From Horticoccus luteus (GTDB lineage: Bacteria > Verrucomicrobiota > Verrucomicrobiia > Opitutales > Opitutaceae): a stretch of DNA of 32,000 nt. This document shows positions 28,595-32,000 of the stretch, in pieces. The stretch is taken from assembly GCF_019464535.1 (NCBI RefSeq), contig NZ_CP080507.1:1920001-1952000 (forward strand), given 5' to 3'. The translations under genes and the position numbers were made by a program. The notes beneath the pieces are model-generated. The model had not been told where the DNA came from and did not search any database. It worked only from the letters and a program-made list of their open reading frames with translations. How positions within the stretch are numbered: position 1 is the first letter of the stretch; every line of letters starts with the position of its first letter.

Positions 28595-28834
28595 GCGAAA
28601 GGTTGCTGGTGACGGAGAGCGGACGCCTTGCGCGATGGGCGCAAAGGAAGCCGATGAATCTCAGGAGTTTTGAATGCGGAGCAAGAGGGAAGTTTCCTCC
28701 GCGAAGCGGAATCCGCGCGGTCGGAGCCGAAAGAGCGGGCGAAAAGCCGCGCAAGTGAAGCGGCGGATATGGGGGAAACGTGACAAGCGAGAGGGTGTTG
28801 GCCGAGAGGCGGTAAACGGGCGCAGCGCCATCGC

Positions 28835-30037
28835 TTAACGCGCGAGCAGCTTCAGGAACTCCTCGTTGTTTTTCGTCTTCGACAGGCGTGCGATCATCGT
28901 CTCGGTGGCTTCCTCGATTTTCTGCTGCACCAGCGCGCGGCGGAAAAAATGGATGGCGTCGAGTTTCTTCGGGTCGAGCAACAGCTCTTCTTTACGCGTG
29001 CCCGATGAGGCGATGTTGATGGCGGGCCAGAGACGCATCTCAGCGCACTTGCGGTCGAGGACGAGCTCCATGTTGCCGGTGCCCTTGAACTCCTGGAAAA
29101 TCACGTCGTCCATGCGGCTGCCGGTTTCGACGAGCACGGAAGCGATGATGGTGAGCGAACCGGCTTCCTCGGTCTTGCGCGCGGCAGCGAAAAGCTGGCG
29201 GGGTTTTTCCAACGCGCGCACATCGAGACCGCCAGAGCCGGTGCGGCCGCTGTTGCGTTGCGTGTTATGCGCGCGGGACAGGCGCGTAATGGAATCGACG
29301 AAGAGCACGACGTCGCGCCCGACTTCGACGAGACGTTTCGCCCGTTCGATGCAGAGGTCGGCGATGCGGATGTGATTCTCGATCTGCTCGTCGTTGGACG
29401 AGGCCCAGATTTCGGCGGGCACACTGCGCTTGAAATCAGTGACCTCCTCGGGACGTTCGTCGACGAGGAGAATCATGACGTGGCACTCGGGATTGTTTTC
29501 CAGCACGCCAAGGGCCATGTCGCGGAGCAGAGTCGTTTTACCCGTGCGCGGCGGAGCGACGATGAGACCGCGGGTGCCTTTGCCGATGGGGCAAAAGAGG
29601 TCGACGGCGCGCGTGGTGAGGCGGCCGTCTTTGAGCTCCATTTTCAGGTGCTGCTCGGGGGAAACGGTCGTGAGCGTGGTGAACTCGAGCTTGGCGCGCC
29701 GCTCTTCGAGGGCGATGCCGTCGACGCTCTCGATGAACTTCATCTTCGGGTTGGGAAACCGCCCGTCCGGGGGGAAGGCGGTGCCGCCCACGCTCATGCC
29801 GGGCTTCAGTTTGAAACGGCGGATGAGTTCCTTGGGAATGAAGGTGTCGGTGGGCCGCCGCTTGCCATTTTTGGCGAGATCAAGGAGCTGGCCGTTGCCG
29901 CCGCGTTGGATGTCGATGTCGAGAATACCTTCGACGTGAATGACGTTTTCCGGCGCAGGTGCGGGAGCGGTCGATGCCGAAGCATCGGTCGGGGCAGGTG
30001 CATTGTCCGCCGGGGCGGACGCTGGGTTTTTATCCAT
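28835..30037 (-). CDS. Second, compact Rho-family paralog (cold-shock-like OB domain plus RecA-type ATPase, no N-terminal helix bundle)
   Basis: 400 aa. A/P-rich first ~30 aa, OB region VEGILDIDIQRGGNGQLLD...LIRRFKLKPG, Walker A APPRTGKT, LLVDERPEEV, ETGSRMDDVIFQEFKGTGNMEL, SGTRKEELL. Clearly homologous to the rho at 15021..17072. Confidence 0.9.
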   Translation of the reverse strand: MDKNPASAPADNAPAPTDASASTAPAPAPENVIHVEGILDIDIQRGGNGQLLDLAKNGKRRPTDTFIPKELIRRFKLKPGMSVGGTAFPPDGRFPNPKMKFIESVDGIALEERRAKLEFTTLTTVSPEQHLKMELKDGRLTTRAVDLFCPIGKGTRGLIVAPPRTGKTTLLRDMALGVLENNPECHVMILLVDERPEEVTDFKRSVPAEIWASSNDEQIENHIRIADLCIERAKRLVEVGRDVVLFVDSITRLSRAHNTQRNSGRTGSGGLDVRALEKPRQLFAAARKTEEAGSLTIIASVLVETGSRMDDVIFQEFKGTGNMELVLDRKCAEMRLWPAINIASSGTRKEELLLDPKKLDAIHFFRRALVQQKIEEATETMIARLSKTKNNEEFLKLLAR

Positions 30038-30086
30038 ACAAAAATTGAGAAACGCACGTCCCGCTTGACGCTTGAAACTTCGAGCG

Positions 30087-30106
30087 GGATAAGTCGCGCG
30101 TTATCC
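30087..30106. promoter_or_regulatory. Inverted repeat GGATAA-N8-TTATCC in the rho2/acs divergent region, overlapping a candidate acs -10 element
   Basis: GGATAA (30087-30092) and TTATCC (30101-30106) are exact reverse complements. A sigma70-like TTGACG (30065-30070) lies 17 nt upstream of GATAAG (30088-30093). Confidence 0.25.
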
Positions 30107-30138
30107 GCGCCTCTTAACCCCTAGAATCAGCCACCATC

Positions 30139-32000
30139 GTGACCGACCAGACGATTACCTCAGTTTCCCGGGAACACCGGGTGTTCAGGCCTTCGGCCGA
30201 GTTCAAAGCCCAAGCCAACCTTGGGAGTGAATCCACCTACAAAAGGCTCTACTCCGAATCTGTCAACTCCCCAGAAAAATTCTGGGACCGAATGGCGAAG
30301 GAGCATCTGGTGTGGCGCAAGCCTTACAAGAAAGTCCTCAACTGGAAGCCGCCGCACGCCGAGTGGTTCGTGGGTGGGAAGCTGAATGTGGCGGAAAACT
30401 GCCTCGACCGGCACCTCGGAACCGCGCGCGAAAACAAGGCGGCGCTGATTTTCGAGGGCGAGCCCGGCGATGTCCGCACGATCACTTACAAGCAGCTGCA
30501 TTTTCACGTCTGCCGGCTCGCGCAGATCTTTCAAAACATGGGAATCGGCAAAGGTGATCGCGTGGCGATCTACATGCCGATGATCCCTGAGGCGGTGATG
30601 GCCATGCTGGCGTGTGCGCGCGTCGGTGCCATCCACACGGTCATCTTTGGCGGTTTCAGTCCGGAGGCGTTGAAAGACCGGATCAACGACTGCCAGGCGA
30701 AGCTCGTCATCACGGCCGACGGCGGCTGGCGGCGCGGGAAGGTCATCGAACTGAAGGCCAATGTTGATCGGGCGGTCGAGGGCACGCCGAGCGTGCACAC
30801 CATGATGGTCGTCAAACGGTGCGGCAACCCGGTGACCATGGTCGAGGGACGTGACGTATGGTGGCGCGAGGCGTGGGAAGGCGCCCCGAATTACCATGAG
30901 GCGAAGGCGTTCGACGCGGAACACCCGCTCTTCATTTTATATACATCGGGTTCGACGGGGAAGCCGAAGGGCGTGCTGCACACGAGCGCCGGCTATCTGC
31001 TCGGTTGCAAAATGACGTCGCAGTATGTCTTCGATCTGAAGGAAAACGACCGCTACTTCTGTTCTGCCGACATCGGTTGGATTACCGGTCACAGTTACGT
31101 CGTTTACGGTCTGCTCTCGAACGGCGCGACGATCTTCATGTATGAAGGCGCACCGAACCAGCCGGAGCCGGATCGTTTCTGGCAAATGATCGACCGGCAC
31201 GGAATCACGATCCTCTACACGGCGCCCACCGCGATCCGCGCGTTCATGCGCTGGGGCGATAATTTCGTGCTGCGACACCGGCTCGATTCCTTGCGCCTGC
31301 TCGGCTCAGTCGGCGAACCGATTAATCCGGAGGCCTGGATGTGGTATCACAAGATGATCGGAAAGAAGCGTTGTCCCATCGTCGACACGTGGTGGCAGAC
31401 GGAAACCGGCGGCATCATGATTTCGCCGTTACCGGGCGTGACCCCGACGAAACCGGGTTCGGCGACGAAGCCCTTTTTTGGTGTGGCCGCCAAGGTGGTC
31501 GACGATCAAGGCAAGGAAGTGCCGCGCAACACCGGCGGCAAACTCGTCCTCACGCAACCATGGCCATCGATGCTGCGGACGCTGTGGGGCGACGATGACC
31601 GGTTCAAGCGGCAGTATTTCAGCGAATTTCCGAAGCATCCCGACTATTACTTCACGGGCGACGGCGCGCGGCAGGATGAGGATGGATACTTTTGGATCGT
31701 GGGCCGCATTGACGATGTGCTCAACGTCTCCGGGCACCGCATCGGCACCGCGGAAGTGGAAAGCGCGTTGGTTTCGCATCCGGCCGTAGCGGAAGCGGCG
31801 GCGGTTGGCCGTCCCGACGAACTCAAGGGACAGGCGCTCGTCGTGTTCGTATCGCTGAAAGCGGGCCACACCGCCAGCGACGAACTCAAGGAGGCGTTGC
31901 GCAACCACGTGGGGAAAGAGATTGGTTCGCTCGCGAAACCGGACACGATTCGTTTCGCGGCGGCGCTGCCCAAGACGCGCAGCGGAAAAATCATGCGCCG
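30139..32000 (+). CDS. acs: Acetyl-CoA synthetase (AMP-forming), 3'-truncated by the window edge
   Basis: Not in the ORF track because no stop is reached. Hand translation from GTG 30139 (in-frame TAA at 30115): [25 protein letters not shown]...[11 protein letters not shown]...[20 protein letters not shown]-binding motif [12 protein letters not shown] at about 30940. The last visible residues, [10 protein letters not shown], match the conserved Acs C-terminal motif. Confidence 0.95.
   Translation, partial: MTDQTITSVSREHRVFRPSAEFKAQANLGSESTYKRLYSESVNSPEKFWDRMAKEHLVWRKPYKKVLNWKPPHAEWFVGGKLNVAENCLDRHLGTARENKAALIFEGEPGDVRTITYKQLHFHVCRLAQIFQNMGIGKGDRVAIYMPMIPEAVMAMLACARVGAIHTVIFGGFSPEALKDRINDCQAKLVITADGGWRRGKVIELKANVDRAVEGTPSVHTMMVVKRCGNPVTMVEGRDVWWREAWEGAPNYHEAKAFDAEHPLFILYTSGSTGKPKGVLHTSAGYLLGCKMTSQYVFDLKENDRYFCSADIGWITGHSYVVYGLLSNGATIFMYEGAPNQPEPDRFWQMIDRHGITILYTAPTAIRAFMRWGDNFVLRHRLDSLRLLGSVGEPINPEAWMWYHKMIGKKRCPIVDTWWQTETGGIMISPLPGVTPTKPGSATKPFFGVAAKVVDDQGKEVPRNTGGKLVLTQPWPSMLRTLWGDDDRFKRQYFSEFPKHPDYYFTGDGARQDEDGYFWIVGRIDDVLNVSGHRIGTAEVESALVSHPAVAEAAAVGRPDELKGQALVVFVSLKAGHTASDELKEALRNHVGKEIGSLAKPDTIRFAAALPKTRSGKIMR

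Noticed and set aside
28661-28831. 56-codon minus-strand ORF starting 4 nt after the rho2 stop, inside the C-rich spacer (MALRPFTASRPTPSRLSRFPHIRRF...).
   Set aside because: It is extremely Arg/Pro/Phe-rich and low in complexity, as expected from translating C/U-rich RNA. There is no SD and no motif. The compositional (rut-like) explanation of the spacer is simpler.
15021-30037. The two rho paralogs as inverted repeats that could mediate inversion of the intervening 12 kb.
   Set aside because: Nucleotide similarity is limited to short stretches in the ATPase core, and the codons differ at many positions in the segments I compared. They are ancient paralogs rather than recombinogenic repeats.
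1-32000. Searched for tRNA, rRNA, CRISPR repeats, IS elements, integrases, prophage genes, toxin-antitoxin pairs and long dispersed repeats.
   Set aside because: No intergenic gap is long enough or has the structure for a tRNA or rRNA. No regularly spaced direct repeats were seen, and no ORF resembles a transposase, integrase or phage protein. The only repeats seen are the short ones listed under findings.

Overview
High-GC (roughly 60-65%) bacterial chromosomal segment that is almost fully coding. By gene content, frequent lack of Shine-Dalgarno sequences and Rho architecture it could be Verrucomicrobiota/Opitutales-like, but that is a guess I cannot verify. The content is mostly housekeeping. 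Left to right: a divergent MGMT-like fragment and a dGTPase-like HD hydrolase; a co-directional serA-plsY-hom-lysC-thrC string. On the minus strand: pgi, a membrane-anchored coiled-coil protein, an unlisted 50-aa lipoprotein ORF, an intrinsic terminator, rsmI and a Ppx/GppA-family gene. Then a ComM/YifB-like gene divergent from a tight coaE-rho-pilB-pilT-pilB'-pilC string. Then a minus-strand operon of three overlapping hydrolase genes (PPP-family metallophosphoesterase, isochorismatase-like, OB-fold/HD YhaM-like), a 201-aa orphan protein and hisF. Finally a 586-aa uncharacterised protein, a second compact Rho paralog, and the 5' 620 codons of acs running off the right edge. I found no rRNA, tRNA, CRISPR array, transposase, integrase or recognisable defence gene. 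The many long ORFs antisense to these genes are GC-rich shadow frames. I cannot point to a clear-cut novel multi-gene system. The most unusual content is transcription-termination related. There are two Rho paralogs 12 kb apart: one has a ~260-aa disordered N-terminal extension, the other lacks the N-terminal helix bundle and the aromatic RNP1-like pair. Strongly C-rich/G-poor (rut-like) untranslated spacers lie after rho2 and after pilB1, and several convergent gene ends have no hairpin terminator. The rho2-spacer-586aa-hisF string is my best candidate for something undescribed, with modest confidence.
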